NCBI RefSeq assembly: GCF_009914755.1
Contig: NC_060926.1
Source: the human T2T-CHM13v2.0 reference genome, Homo sapiens
Length of the DNA: 64,000 bases
Strand: one strand, 5' to 3'
The notes under the pieces were generated by a model, which searched no databases, was not told where the DNA came from, and saw nothing but the letters and a program-made list of their open reading frames with translations. Positions 39,141 through 55,177 of this stretch are shown in pieces. Within the stretch, counting starts at the first letter, position 1. Every line of letters starts with the position of its first letter. Position numbers and translations under genes: made by a program.

Positions 39141-39839
39141 ACCTAATCCCTGTGGGAAAAGGCAGGCATTAATGATGATGAAGCTATGGGTGATTCTCTT
39201 GAGAGGGAAAAACAGGTACAGTATGCCTCACAAGATGTTTAGCCCAAGAGCTGGGAAGGGGACTTGGGGATGAGGAAAGGATGAGTGTTTCCACAGGTGG
39301 GAAACAAGAAGGGTGTGTGGACATGTCTGTAGGGCCCCTTGGCAGTGAGTGGCTACAAGGGAAAACAGGAGAAGTGACCCTGAAGATGACCTTCCTTCCT
39401 CTCTCTCCCTTCCAGTCACCTTGACAGACTCAGAGTGTCCAGACTAGCACAGGGTCAGTGAGAGCTTGGGGGAAGAGGTAGAAGCTGTCCTCACTGCAGT
39501 GAGGTCTGCAGTTATGAGCAGGAAGGGAAGGCAACGATCAAGCCGCAGTGGGGGAGGACAGGAGTTTTGTCTTGCCAGCCAGCTGGTGAATGGCCATGGG
39601 ATCAAGGTGCATCTCTATCAGGAGGTCAGGACCGATCCTATGAAAACACCCTCACACGCGTGTGCGTTTACCTACGTAGAGATATGTACACTGCACACAA
39701 AAACTGTGTCTATACACAGGATGGATGGGTGTGTTTAGATGTTGGCAGCTGCCAGGTTGCTGATGGCACCAATAAAATCCACCCCACTACAAGCTTCTGC
39801 TTAAATATCACCTTACCAATGAGTTCTTCCCAATAAACC

Positions 39840-40232
39840 TTCTTAAAATGCCATCCTTGCCCACCCTGACTCTTTGCCTACCTTCCCTCCTTGATTATTT
39901 TCCCATGGTCTTAATCAGCACATATTTTTGCTGTGTTGTCTCTCTTCCCAGATATAATTTAAGCCTCTTGAGGATGAGGGCATTGTTTTGTTCACTCCTA
40001 CACTCCCAGCTCTAGAAATATATCCGGCTTATAGTAGATGCTCAATAAATATTTTTTTAGAAGAAGGAAGAAAGAGAGGTGAGAAAAAGTATGAGAAGAA
40101 GGGGGCAGAGAAGATAACAGGGAAGGAGAGAGGGAGGGAGGGAGGAAGGAAGGAAAGAAGGAAGAAAGGAAGGAAGGAAAGAAGGAAGAAAGGAAGGAAG
40201 GAAAGAAGGAGAGTAGGAGGGAGAAAAAAAAG
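39840..40232 (+). mobile_element. L2 3' end with GA-rich (GGAA-like) expanded tail
   Basis: aagcctcttgagg...tagtagatgctcaataaatattt then purine-only tract 40060-40232. Confidence 0.75.
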
Positions 40233-41889
40233 TAAAGAGTCTGGATCAAGCCCAATAGGTGTCTGACTAGTCCCTGACTATTGTTTATGACTCCCAGCCC
40301 AGAATTCTACATTGAGAACAGCTCAAATTGTCCTCAAACAGAGGCATGAAGGACTCTGGGGGCCAAGAAACCCTCTCGTGGGGTGAGGCCTGGGCTGACA
40401 AGGAGCTCCCTGGAGGCAGCCCCTGGAATTAGGCTCTTTTCTTGGTGCTGCCTGGTGAAGCCTCCACAGTGGGCAGAGGGGACAGACTCACCAGCCCCTT
40501 TGGTCTGGCTGGGAGCTAGCATTTCCTACAGCAAAAGTAGCAAGTGCATTGTTAAATTTAAGCCTCCTAGCATTGCTATGATATGAGTACTATTAATATC
40601 CTGCTGTTCCTGAAAATTAAGGTCAATAGAGGTCAGGTGACTCACTTGCCCATCATCACAGAGATGCTCAGTGGAGGCTGTTGAGCCTTGATCCAGATTC
40701 AGTGGACCCCAAGCCTTCCCTCTTCCTGCCACTGCTGGCCCTGCCGGTGCCCTAACTTGGCTTTCCCAGGAGCAGCCCATCCCATGGACCTTTGCAAATC
40801 TAAAAAGCCCTGTCCTGTGGATCCTGATAAGTTCATTCCCACAGAGGTGCTAGCTGATAACAAAAGGCTGAGTTGTAATCCTTCGAGAACTCAATGAGAT
40901 AACCCCTGTAAATCTCAAGTCACCTGCTCCAAGCACAAAATAGATAGAAGCTAATAATCACAGCACATTGACTGGCATGTAGTAGGAATGACATCAACAT
41001 TTGTGGCTGCTGTTATTGTTTGTGAGGTGGGTGGAAACCAGGATACCACTTTCCTGACCGATTTTCTCCTCTCTTCAGCTATTTTCATTGCGCTGAACAC
41101 TGAACAGGCTTCCATAGTTGAAAAGGTTCTCTCACACATTATTTCTTTTGCGCTTGTCAACGAGCTGATGAAGTGGCTTCATAGTCCCATTTTTCAGATG
41201 AGGAAATTGAAGCTCCCAGGCCAGTGCTGTTTCTACCATTCACCCCAGTCCCACTTTCTATTTCCTCTCCCATTTCCCCAGTCCAACAAGAGCCACTGGA
41301 CATTGGTGGGGGTGCAGAGAAGAGGAACAGTGACATTTGTCTTCTGTCATCTCTGTTTTCTTCTTTGATTCTGGGGTGCTGGGTGTAGTTTCCATGCCTG
41401 GTAGGACAGAAATCACGTTGTTTCCACAAAACAGGAAATCTCTGTCCAGCTAGTCTGATGAATTTCTAGCTTTCACTTTTCACATCAGAAGATGTAACAG
41501 TTCTCTAGCATTGTGTTTTGGGACTTGCTTGAAGCCCCATTTCTTCCAGGAAGTCCTTCCCATGTGAGGGGAGTTGGGATGGGAGCAGAAGGCCAGAGAT
41601 GGGTGTTAGCATGACTTGGGGCTGTCCTCATGATTTCTGTATTGTTTGAATCTCGACAGACTTTGAATTTTTTGATGAGACTGGTCATAGATCATGATGC
41701 ACATTTATTATTTATGGGGTGGATTTTTGGACTGCAGAGCTAGCAGCAAAGTGGATGCATGATGCCATTAATCACAGTTAATGTCTGTGGTAACTGAAAG
41801 TTGAACCATGTTGTTGGGGGACTGGTGGTAAGAACTGTATCTTGCAACTGAAATTTATATTTGTCAGAACCATGCAAAGCAAGAACTAC

Positions 41890-42810
41890 CTGTGTTCAGT
41901 TGGCTGCTAGACATCGCCACCTGGAAATCCAACAAGCACCTCAAACTTGCCACTGCTCCCTTTAAATCTTCTCTCTTTTCTGATTCCCCAAAGCACCCTC
42001 CATGTAGAAACTCAGGCTAGGAATGTGGGAATCCCTTCATCTCCTGATCCCATTCACTCTACATCCAGTTTCCAATCCCTATCATTCCACATCCTAAATA
42101 TTTCACAACTCCATCCTAAACTCCTTCTACCACCCCACTTCATGTCGCCATCTTGCTTGTGGGTGTACCGTAATATTGACTCACTATTTCTGCAGTTGCC
42201 CATTCAACCAGTCCTTCACACACTGCTGTTAACTAAAACACAGATCTGATACTATTATGATGTCCTTGCTCAAAGCCCTTCCGTGTTACCCTGTCACCTA
42301 GAGGGTAAACTCTATCACCATGGTAGAGAGGACCATGCAAATTGGCCCAGTATAGATCAACCATGCAACTCCAAACTTTGTATTCAGTTATGTGACAACA
42401 TTCATTGAACACCTACAATAGGCCATCTCTTGGATTGTGCAGATGAATAAGATACAGTCTGCAGGGCCTACCTTATGGAAGACCTTTTCTACCATCGGCT
42501 CTGTTCTTCTAGAACTCCTTGTCAATATTCGATGCCATAGAACCACAGAACCTTGCTGTAGCTAGTTTACATTCTTTTGTTCACAGTACCTTTTAATCAG
42601 AAATGTCCTCTCTTCCATGCTCCCATAGCTCTCTTCTGTGGCTCTGTCATTGCTCTCACTGCATAGCTTTATAACCAACTGCTTCTGTGTCTCTACCAGA
42701 AGACAGGGGCTGTATCATAAGATACATATTTGTACACAGATGAATAATCATCTGTGCAATCCAAGTCCATGGCATATTGTAGGTGTTCAACGAATGTTGT
42801 CATGTCACTG
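41890..42810 (+). mobile_element. L2 fragments
   Basis: aagcacctcaaactt...ccttgctcaaagcccttc...ggcatattgtaggtgttcaacgaatgttg. Confidence 0.6.
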
Positions 42811-42884
42811 AATACAAAGTTTGAAATTGCACAGTTGATCTATACTGGACCAATTTGCATGTAATGTTACAGCATAACAAATGT

Positions 42885-43232
<348 letters not shown>

Positions 43233-43252
43233 TGAGCAGGTCATACTATGTC

Positions 43253-43617
43253 TGCTCCAGACTGAATGTTTGTGTTTCCCCAAATTCACAGGTTCAAACC
43301 CCCAATGTGATCGTACTAGGAGGTGAGGTCTTTGAGAGGTGATTAGGTCATGAAGGTGGAAACTTCACAAATGGAATTAGTGTCCTTATTTAAAAAAAAA
43401 AAAGCTCCCAAAGAGCTCTCTCGCCCCTTTCCTCTACGTGAGGACACAATGAGAACTTGGCCATCTGCAACCTGGAAAGGGCCCCTCACCAGAACTCAAC
43501 CATTCTGGCACTCTGACATCAGACTTTCAGCTTGCAGAACTATGAGAAATAAATGCTTATTGGATAAGCCACCCAGTCTATGGTAATTTGTTACAGTATC
43601 CCAAACTGACTCATGCA
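43253..43617 (+). mobile_element. MLT1A0-like solo LTR
   Basis: gactgaatgtttgtgt...aggtgattaggtcatgaaggtgg...taagccacccagtctatgg. Confidence 0.85.
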
Positions 43618-44739
43618 CATTTTACGATGAGGAAACTGAGGTTCACGGAAACTAAGTGGTTTATCCAAAATCACACATCTTTCACTTGTCAGAGCTCTCT
43701 CTCAAGCCCAAACTTTCTGACTTGAAGTCCAGACCTGTCTCTCTGGCTGATTTCAGTCCTGACCTTTCTGTTAGCTACGTGTTGGGGGTGCACGTCATGG
43801 AGAGCAGGTGTTTGCTCATCCTGTCCACTGTCCTTCCCAGTGCCTAGAATCCAGGGTAAGTATGCAACACATGTTTGTTGGATTAATTAATTCACAAGTT
43901 AGTGAGTGTCACATGGGGTCAAGTTTTGCTGGTTGGAATAGAAAAACCAGGGAATTGGGAACTCAGTAAGCATCTGTGAAAGGGATATAAAAATCTTCCT
44001 CAGTTCTAGCGTCAGCAGGTAAGAAGAGGGCCACTGTCTCTCCTATGCCCAGATAATAGGATGTCTGTAGGGTTCCCCAGGGCTGAAGCTCCCCAGACAC
44101 TTCAGTCTTCCTGAACAGGTGAAAGAAAACCTTAGCGGACAGACAGCTCCTACCACCCCAGGAGTGGGGTTCTTGGAAAGGTATTATCGTTCCCATCCGT
44201 CAGGATGGGGCTGGAGCTCATCGCCTTCCAAGAATGTGACTGACGGCAAATTTGAGTTCAAAAGAAGATTAGATTTCAAGGCAACTGGAAGCTATTCAGT
44301 TGAAGCCAAGTTTTACAGGGAGAGTTTCCTCCCTCTCCTCTCTTCTCCTTCTCCCTCCAGGGCAGCCCAGGGCTTGTTGGGACCTGAAAAAGAACTGACA
44401 GTGCCTGACTGTTCCCCTAATTGAGGAAAGGAGAGATGGAAAACCAGGCTCTGGACTTGTTCACAGCCCAGGGAGGATCCAAGCATCACATCTCCCTGGG
44501 TGCCCTCTGGGGACTGAGGCAGCTGCTGGAAGTGAGTCCCACACAGTGGTGGGGGATGCCTGGGCACAGCCATGCTCTCCATTGACCATAATAAAAGAAG
44601 TCAGTAATAACAAATAGAAGCCTTATGTTTGTACAGAACTTTCTAATTTAGAAAGCCCTCTTGCAATTTCCATTACAACACCACGGTGAAGCAGGTGGGC
44701 GGATGCTGCCAACCCTGGGCCGATAAGAAGTCTGGGGCT

Positions 44740-45024
44740 CGCTGGGCACAGTGGCTCATCCCTGCAATCCCAGCACTTTAGGAGGCTGAGGCGGGAGGAC
44801 TGCTTAAGCCCAGGAGTTTGAGACCAGCCTGAGCAACATAGCAATAGCTTGTCTTGACAGAAAATTTAAAAATTAGCTGAGTGTGGTGGCGCACACCCAG
44901 CTGTTCCAGAGGCTGAGGTGGGAGGATTGCTTGAGCTAGGAGGTTGAGCCTGCAGTGAGCCATGATTGCACCACTGCACTGTAGCCTGGGTGACAGAGAA
45001 AGACCCTCCAAAAAGAAAAAAAAG
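44740..45024 (+). mobile_element. AluJ
   Basis: gggaggactgcttaagcccaggagtttgag; TSD aagaagtctggggc/aagaagactggagc. Confidence 0.93.
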
Positions 45025-45094
45025 AAGAAGACTGGAGCCAAGAGAGGTTTAAGGACTTCAACGGGTGACAACCACTGGATGGGGCACCTCCACT

Positions 45095-45280
45095 ATACCT
45101 GGCACGCTTCTAAGCACTTTCATGTATGAGCATTTAATCCTCACAGCAACCCTATGAAGTAGATGCTATTTTTATTCCCATTTTATAGATGAGGAAACTG
45201 AAGCTCAGATACACTAAGTAACTTGCTTAAGACCCTGCAGCCGTTAATGGTGGAGCCAGAATTTAGAACAGGGGTCAGCT
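45095..45280 (-). mobile_element. MIR
   Basis: catttaatcctcacagcaaccctatg...cccattttatagatgaggaaactgaagctcag. Confidence 0.85.
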
Positions 45281-46632
45281 ATTTACCCACTACTTGATTC
45301 TAAATTTCTGAGATCAGAGGAAAATCTCATCCACAGTTTTTTGGAGGGGAGTCCCCGGGTTTGAGCTTTGTTTGAAGATGTGGTCACAGCCACACGCCTC
45401 TAATCCCCGTTGAAACCTCGCCAAGCCAGCCGTCATGCTTGGCCGTGGCAGACTAAGGGCACTGGGGAGGAATCCAGACCAAAAGGTACCAAACACACAA
45501 ATGTGAGAACCAGCGCACCGATGGTCGGAGGGCAGCTTGACAGAGAGAAATCAAAAGAATACAGTACCAAGAGGGCAAAACAAGGATAGCCAAAGCCCAC
45601 CTGGTCGGTCAGCAGCCAGAATGTCTGGAGGAAGGGACAAAAGAAAGGGACGGTGTAAAGGAAGCACATGTTCCATCATCTTGTTTATTTTGTGCACTGT
45701 CCTGTCATATGACCTTATTTAAACTTCACATCAATGCTGTGAAGAAACTGAGTTCTAAGAGGTTGAGTTACCACCCATTAATCTTACTACAGTGTTGGCA
45801 AAAACCTACTGTCAACATAAAGTGATCTAAATTCTAAACTATCATTATAAATTCCCAAGTTTCCTCCCTTCATGGGCCCCATGGGCCAATCAATCAAAAA
45901 CCCTTAGCTATTTAGCATTCGAGACTCTTTGCAGGGAGTCCAAGGAACTTCGCACTTGGCACCATCCCCACCTACCAGAAGCTGGCAAATTCACCGGGAG
46001 AAGATTCCTCCCAAGTTCATCTTTCCACCTGCAATCAACCGTGGATGAACTGGTGCTTTGTTTGAATAGCTAAGTAGAGTGTTTTCGGCATGGAAAACTG
46101 TAGACATAAAGCACTGAAAACAAAACAAAACATAACAAACAAACAAATAAATGGAAATAACTTTTCATTCCCTCATTAGTATTAACCTTAAAACATCTAT
46201 TAATAGTAATAAAACAAGCTTACTTAAAATCTACCCCTCATTATGAAATAAGAAACAACATATGCTGTTCAAAAGCTTTTGTGCAGAGGAGTAAAATGCC
46301 TTTGAGTAAAAGTGATACAATCCTCTAACTGCTCACTTAATTAAACCTAATTTTATTTATGGATTCCTCCTGGCCTTTCCCTTGCTTTGGTTCTCTTCCC
46401 ATTTAAGCTCTTCTAGTTCTTTCAGATCCAACTGCTGGTCACTTTTTCTCCTTTCTAGTAGCGTCTTTGGGTCTTGCAGAGAAAACTTTCTCTTATTTCT
46501 CTCAAGCCCAGCCCAAGGGTAAACCAAACAAACAAGCAGAAAAACCTAGCTTGCTTTGCAAGTACACACACGAGAAGATAAAACAAGAATTCACGTCTTA
46601 AATGCTATGTGTGTCTAGTGAATCTTCTAGAC

Positions 46633-47159
46633 CAGAAGTTTCCAAACTTTCTCCAGTCATGGAAACTTAGTGTCTCTGTAATTTTCTCATGGTGCCCCAG
46701 GCCAAAAGAAATACCAACACTTCTGTTTATTAAGTAATTAAGTAATTAGGTCCAAACGACTTAATAAGTGTTTGTGGCTTAAAAATTTAGTAGCCATTTG
46801 AAAAATTAATACGCAAAAAGTAGAAAGAAAAAAGGTTTGTATTCCATTATTAAATAATTACAATGACTTATTTATGGGCACGACACAACTTCTCAGATCT
46901 TGGAATCAGGCTGTACAGAGCCACCCTCATTTTCTGTTCCACATTGATTTTCACATGGAATTTATTTGTTTTAATCACAGCAACTGGAAAAAAAATTCCA
47001 TCAAAAGGAATGTGGTACAATCTAATGTTGAAACTGGGCACTACCTTGAGTTAGGAGTTTGTGTGATGTTTGACAGATGTTTTCTTGGAGAAAATGGACA
47101 ATATTCCATAGCTCAATGCAGTGCCCTAAGCACATCGGCACACAGTTTGAGAACCACAG
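46633..47159. mobile_element. Charlie4a-like hAT element
   Basis: cagaagtttccaaact ... cagtttgagaaccacag termini; 8-bp TSD ttctagac/ttctacac (Charlie NTCTAGAN target). Confidence 0.78.
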
Positions 47160-49129
47160 TTCTACACGATAAATGCAGTGAGCACTCAAAGGAGGAACAA
47201 AAACTTTCCACTAAGATGGTTCACAGATTTCGTGGAGGAGGAGAAATTGAAGCCGGGCTTGCTGGCTTGGCTGGGTAAAGAGGAAGGGATGGGAGCAGGC
47301 CAGAAGGGAAGGGGCTGTCTGCAGGGGGTCATAAGCAAAGTGTGACGGAAGCCAGCAGAAGACTGGACTAGCTGGAGAAAGATATGGAGAGGAAGCAGAC
47401 AGGTCTTAGCCATCAGCCTGAGGGCTGGGCCCTGGCTCACCTCCCCTGGGGTCCATCCTTAGTCCTCCTTCACTTTCTGAATTTTTACCAGTTTATGTCT
47501 TCAATTAGGCTGAAAGCTCTGAGAAAAGGGACTGTCTGTCTTCCTTTGTATCTTCCATACCCAGTAGCACAGAGCTTTATGCAGAGTGTCCAACAAATAT
47601 TGACCCTATTGACACCAACCCCTACTGAATGCTAGTATCTGGGCCTTTGCAGACCAATGGCACAACCAAAGGGGTAAGAGGGAGTGGTGGGGATTCCAGT
47701 CACTGGACAGGCTACTGGATGAGCTGTCTGATTCCTGCTTCACATTCCCCTATGGCTAATTTTTGGAGAAATGATAGGCAAGGAATTCAGCCCCCATGTT
47801 GTTTTCGGAGAGTGCAGGATTGTGTGTTTCCAGATCTCTTATCTGTTGCATCTCCCAAGTTTTACCAGGAGGGCAGACCTTAGCACTCCCAGCCAGCCCA
47901 GCCCTCCCTAACCCACCTCCGTTCCCACGAGGCAGCCCAGATGTGACAGTAGCTCATCAGAGAGCTGTTTGTGTCTTTCTTATTTACAGTATAAACAGCA
48001 TTTAGACTGCAGCTTTGGAAGGCCTCCGTCTATTTGTTCAGGTAAATCCACAGCCCTGGATGTGGTTTCCCTGTGAGATCTCAGGCCAGCAGCTTCTGGA
48101 TTGCTCCTCTTTGCTGGCCATCACAGAAAGAAGAAATCCTCTGGTCTTCATTGCCTTTGCATGTATTCTGTTGACTAATATTGTTCCTAGCAGAAATTCT
48201 CCCAGGAGAAAAGATGGGGTTTGCTTTTCTGTACCTCCATCTGTTCCTTCTCACACACAGCACTACTTTAAATAACAAATCCCTTGGGAACATAGCTCTA
48301 TAACAAAGTTCATTGGATTAAAAGCAAAGTCAATAATAAAAGAAATTTTCATAATCAAAGACTATAGAGCAGACTGCTTCTGCAGCTATGTAACCAAAAA
48401 CTCTCTGTTTCTGATAAATAGATGTGTTGTTGGAATTTCCTGGCTTTTTTACAAATCCAGGTACATTTATAACCGGCATCTTTTACTTTACAGAAGAGTT
48501 GAATTCTAGCAAAGCTAACTCGTAGTAGATTCTGTTTCCAAGGGAAGCCTATTGTTTTTCTCTTAATTTTCTTTGTAAAATTGAAAACGCTTTCTCTGCT
48601 TCTCACAGTCTTTTTAAAGTCTGGGTTTCGAAAGTAACAATCAAGAGGCATTTCCATTCCTCCTAGGCATTTTGTCTTCAATTAGAATAATTACCACCAT
48701 TTGGATAGTAATGCTTCATGATTCCACCACCCAAGCTTCTCATAGGGTCCTTGCCCCAAAGAAAAAGGAACACAATTCTTTAGATGTACCTTTGAAAGGT
48801 AAAAGCCTTAACATTGGTTATGACCACAAAGCAAGAGTCCCAAAGAAGAAAATTATAAGAAAAATAAATCTAGATAAAAATTTGGAACTTTTCCACAAAC
48901 TCTTTTTTATTATTAATCAATGCTTAAGATAGTTCTGACTTTGGTTTTCCTCCAGGGTGAAAGAAGGGTCTCTTTTAACTCACCCTTGATGTGAACACTT
49001 CCTCAAGTCAAAAGCCTTTCCTGGGGCTGCTACTGGTGACTTCAATCTTCATCTGAGCTGGGCATTAAAAACAAAAACAAACAAAATTCTGGCTTTTGTT
49101 CCCTTCTTCAATTACTTACCTTCTCTGAA

Positions 49130-49270
49130 CTCTCCCCCCCAGAACTCCACCTCCATGAAGGCAGGCCTTTCTTCTCTGTCTGATCACTGGTTTATCTCCA
49201 GTGCCTTGGAAGTGGGCCTGGCACATAGTCAGTGCTCAGGAAATACTTCTGCAGAAAGGAATGAACGAAG
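49130..49270 (+). mobile_element. L2 3' end
   Basis: ctccatgaaggcagg...gcctggcacatagtcagtgctcaggaaata. Confidence 0.75.
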
Positions 49271-49488
49271 TAGCAAATGGAGAAGAGTGCTGTGAGGCTG
49301 ATGCATGGGGGACTTGAGTCAGAGCAGCCCTCGGCCAGTGTCACTGTCTTTCCCAGTCTTCTCTGGCACTTTCCTCTGAAATATGTCAAGACCTCAGTTC
49401 TATTCTCCTTAATCAGTACATTAGTTTAGTTACCTTCCTTGTGGTGCTTATTGATTTATTTACACATCTGCATAAATAGGATAATGGA

Positions 49489-49915
49489 TGTTTTAGTTTC
49501 CTGGGAATGCCACTGACAAACCTGGTGGCTTAAAATGACAGAAATTTATTCTCTCACAGCTCTGGAGGCCAAAAGTCCAAAATCAAGGTGTTGGCAGAAC
49601 CTCACTCCCTCCAAAGTCTCAATGGGCAGATCACTTGTTGTCACTTCCAGGTTCTGGTGGCTCCCAGCAATCCTTGGATTTCCTTGGCTCGTGGCTGCAT
49701 CACTCCAACCCCTGTCCCCATCTTCACTCATCCCCCTCCTCTCTTTTTAAAGGGACTCCTGTCATTAGCTTTAGGACCCACCTTGAATCCAAAATGATCT
49801 CACTTAACTTTACCCACCTTAATTACACCTGCAAAGACCCTTTTTCCACATAAGATCACATCCACAGGCTCCTGATGAATGTGTCTTTTGAGGGACCACA
49901 ATTCAACCCTCTACA
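49489..49915 (-). mobile_element. MLT1C-like solo LTR
   Basis: ggtggcttaaaatgacagaaatttattctctcacagctctggagg...attcaaccctctaca. Confidence 0.85.
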
Positions 49916-50173
49916 GCGAGAATCAAGGAGAATCCTCCAATGAGGTCTTACTGGTGCTGAATACAATAAGACCATTACTTATGATCATCGGATAACTTAA
50001 TGCTTGCTAACGTTTTTTAATGTGTCCGTTGCCAAGAACAATCCTGGTTCAAATTTACTTTGTTGTCAAGTGAACATTGATTTTACAAGAATGCTGCTAA
50101 GCCAGATCTCCCAACTACATTTTTGTCCTTGCTTATTAAGCAAAAAGAGGTCATCTTTTTTTCCTTTTTAATC

Positions 50174-50473
50174 TTTTTTTTTTTTTTCAGAGACAGGGTC
50201 TCACTCTGTCATCCAAGCTGGAGTGCAGTGGCGTAAGCATAGCTCACTGCAGCCTTGAACTCTTGGGTGCAAGAAATCCTCTTGCCTCAGCCTCCCAACT
50301 AGCTGGAACTAGAAATGTGTGCGTTTGTAGTCCCAGCCTGCTAATGTTTTTCATTTTTCTGTAAAGACAAGGTTTCACTTTGCTGCCCAGGCTGGTTTCG
50401 AACTCCTGGCCTCAAGCGATCTTCCCACTTCCCAAAGTGCTGGGATTACGAGTATAAACCACCACACCCAGCC
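50174..50473 (-). mobile_element. AluJ
   Basis: gagacagggtctcactctg...catagctcactgcagccttgaactc. Confidence 0.92.
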
Positions 50474-50519
50474 TATCTTCTTATTCCTCATTGATTTCAT
50501 GTAGAGAATATTTAGAGCT

Positions 50520-51050
50520 TTGATCTCATCATCCATCATTGTTATCTAAGCTATCAGTTAATATATTCAACACAATGGGAACCAAGGAGAGAGCAGTGAG
50601 GGGGACTTTAACTAGAATTTTATCCCTTCGGAGCATTCATTTAATGAATCTTTATGGAGTGTTCACACTGACTAAGGGTTTGCACTGGGCATCTGAAGGC
50701 TCCAAGTTAAGACACCGTGAAGAATGCCAAACATTAGAGAAAGCTCAAAGAGCTGTCAATTCATTTTTTAAAAAAGTTAATTGGGGAATTCAACTAAAAG
50801 CACATGCCTTTATTGTATTCACAAGTCTCATTATATATAAACAACTTGCCGAATGCCTTGCTAATTGTCAAGATGTATTTTATCTTCCAATTTGCCAATT
50901 CAGTAACCATTCATATTAGAAAGAGGCCTTTATTTAACAGGGCTTATTCTCAGTGAACCTGTATTAGCTCCTGGTGGTCACTGTTGATGGAATGATTCTA
51001 AAATGTTGGCGTCTATAGAGAGCAAATTTACTAGTCTGTACTTACTAGGA
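50520..51050 (-). mobile_element. CR1/L3 LINE reverse-transcriptase relic
   Basis: Minus-strand degenerate motifs in RT order: aatacaggttcactgagaataagccctgt (QHGFTKNKSC-like), atcttgacaattagcaaggcattc (YLDFSKAFD-like), ccttggttcccattgtgttgaatatattaactgatagc (LGPVLFNIFINDL-like). Confidence 0.55.
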
Positions 51051-51080
51051 TGAAAGTTTTTTTAAAAAAATGACATTTGC

Positions 51081-51368
<288 letters not shown>

Positions 51369-51476
51369 AGACATTTGCTTATGTCCTGCCAACTGACACT
51401 TATTTAACTTTCCACAGATTCTAATATTACTGACAGCTTACTTGTGTCAAATCAAAAGTTTTGTGTACAACCAAGC

Positions 51477-51479
<3 letters not shown>

Positions 51480-51511
<32 letters not shown>
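51480..51511. repeat. (GT)16 microsatellite
   Basis: read directly. Confidence 0.95.
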
Positions 51512-51513
<2 letters not shown>

Positions 51514-52092
51514 CTTGCTTTTGTTTACTTAATCCTCACAACAACCTTATGAGACAGGAACTGCTGCTAAGCCCACTTTCCAGATGAGGAAGTTGAAGCA
51601 AAACTGAGAGACAAGAAATATTCTTTCATGAAAACTGGTCATTTTAAAGGAAGTATTCTTCTTGTGAAGATAAAGTTGCTGGTGCCAGAGAAATGTCCCT
51701 CAATCTGACCACCTACACACACGGTTTCCGACTGTGCTGTCTTTGTGCTGTGTCCGTGGTGACATCTGAATGGGGATGAGTCACAGATGAATGAGTCACT
51801 TTCTGTTTTGTTGAAGGTCATACATGTTTAAATCAGGACATGATGCCAGTTTACATTCATATCAGCTTGGAACAATTTCTTCTTATGTAACCCTCTGAAA
51901 TAAGAACTGAAAATGCTTTTAAACAATTAATCCAGATCAATGGTTCATATCAGAATTATCAGAGAGAACTTTAATAAAACAATAACAAGAGCACCGATAA
52001 AATGATCTCTAGGCCCTTCTCTGGACCATTTCAGTGGTTCTCTAGGAATAAGGCAGAGAACCAGCATTTTACAAAAAAAAAGAAGAAAGCTT

Positions 52093-52411
<319 letters not shown>

Positions 52412-52488
52412 GCTTCCTGCATGATTCTAATGTGCAGTCAGGATTTTGAGCCACTAATTTGAAAATATCTCATGTAAAGTGGTAGGAT

Positions 52489-52678
52489 CAGAGCTTCTCA
52501 AACTTACCTGTGCATAAGAATTGCCAGGGAGTATGGTAAAGATGCAGATGCTCAGGTGCTGCCCTTAAAGAGTCTGGCTCAGTAGGTCTGGAGTGGGGTT
52601 TGGGATCTGCAGCTCTAACCGGCATCTCAGGTGATTCTAATGCATGCGTTCCCTGGACCACACTTTGAGAAACACCTG
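52489..52678. mobile_element. MER5A
   Basis: cagagcttctcaaactt...tcagtaggtctggagtgggg...ggaccacactttgagaaac. Confidence 0.85.
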
Positions 52679-52851
52679 ATGAGATGCTCTTTTTGAGCCT
52701 AGACTGGGCTAAAATTATTTCTCTTTATCTTCTGTGTTTCCCTTTCCAAACTGGAGATCATCCTTCCTTCTGAAAAATAAGAGCAAGAGCCATATTAGTC
52801 AGGTTAGTCTCCACTGATGTCAAACCCCTACATCTCAGAGGCTTTACACAT

Positions 52852-53551
<700 letters not shown>

Positions 53552-53934
53552 CATGTCAAAGTTTACTTCTGGAGACACCCCATGGCTTTCACCTTGCAGT
53601 CCCTGCTCTACACGAACAAGCGGAGACCTGGCTGATGGAGATACCGCCATCTTGTTATGCTGCCATAACAACAGGATGAGTGGCCGAGGATAGAGAAGGG
53701 TGCGAAAATGTACAATAGCTTGAAGTCCATCACTTCATCCTTGAAGTGATGCTTGGCCCTGCTACTTACAGTCCACTGGCCAGAACTAATCACATGAGCC
53801 CCAAGAGGAAGATCAGAGAACGAAGGGAGCTCGAGCAACAATTATAAGCACAACTGCCTCTTACATGGGATTGGAACAGTTGTACCTTATCTCCGACTTC
53901 TTTTGATCTGTTGGCAATGTATTATCTTTCTCAA

Positions 53935-54470
53935 TCAAGCAAGTATTTATTAAGTCCAACTTTGTGATCAGCACTGTGCCAGGAATGAATGGAAGACAGG
54001 CTCCAAAAGAAATAAAGATAGGCTTCCTAGTGGTGGAGATTATTTAGGGAGATAACGCTTACAGATGAGTTATCAAACAACAGACAATATTGCATGGTGG
54101 AGGGCCAAGTGATGTAGTCAGCTCTGCATGCTGTAGATGCTCAGAAAAGGTGCAGTCAAGGGGCCTGGGATGATCAGGGAAAGTTTGATCATATAGAAAA
54201 TCAGACAACAGACTGAGAGTTTAACTTGAGGTGAAAATGCTTCTCCAAGATGGGAAGGGGGTCCCAAGTAATCCCCTGCATGATCTCCTCAGCATCTACT
54301 ACTTCCTCCCACCTACCACCAAATATTGCACAAGCAATCAATGGAAAAGTGCCTTTTTCCAGTAATAGAGCCTTAATCTTATCTCACAGATGAACTTCTA
54401 GTTTTTAGTTAAGGCTAGACATGGACTAGGACTTGAAGGAGATGTAGGTAACAGCTTAGAGAGAAAGCAT
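53935..54470 (-). mobile_element. L2 relic interrupted at 54190-54414
   Basis: caagtatttattaagtcc...cagcactgtgccagg...gatcagggaaag | ggacttgaaggagatgtagg. Confidence 0.6.
54190..54414 (+). repeat. ~225-bp dispersed direct repeat, copy 1
   Basis: Collinear with 56444-56665; identical blocks aatcccctgcatgatctcctcagcatct and tcacagatgaacttctagtttttagttaagg. Confidence 0.92.
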
Positions 54471-54498
54471 AGAAGAATGGAGTATAAATCCTCAGAGA

Positions 54499-55177
<679 letters not shown>

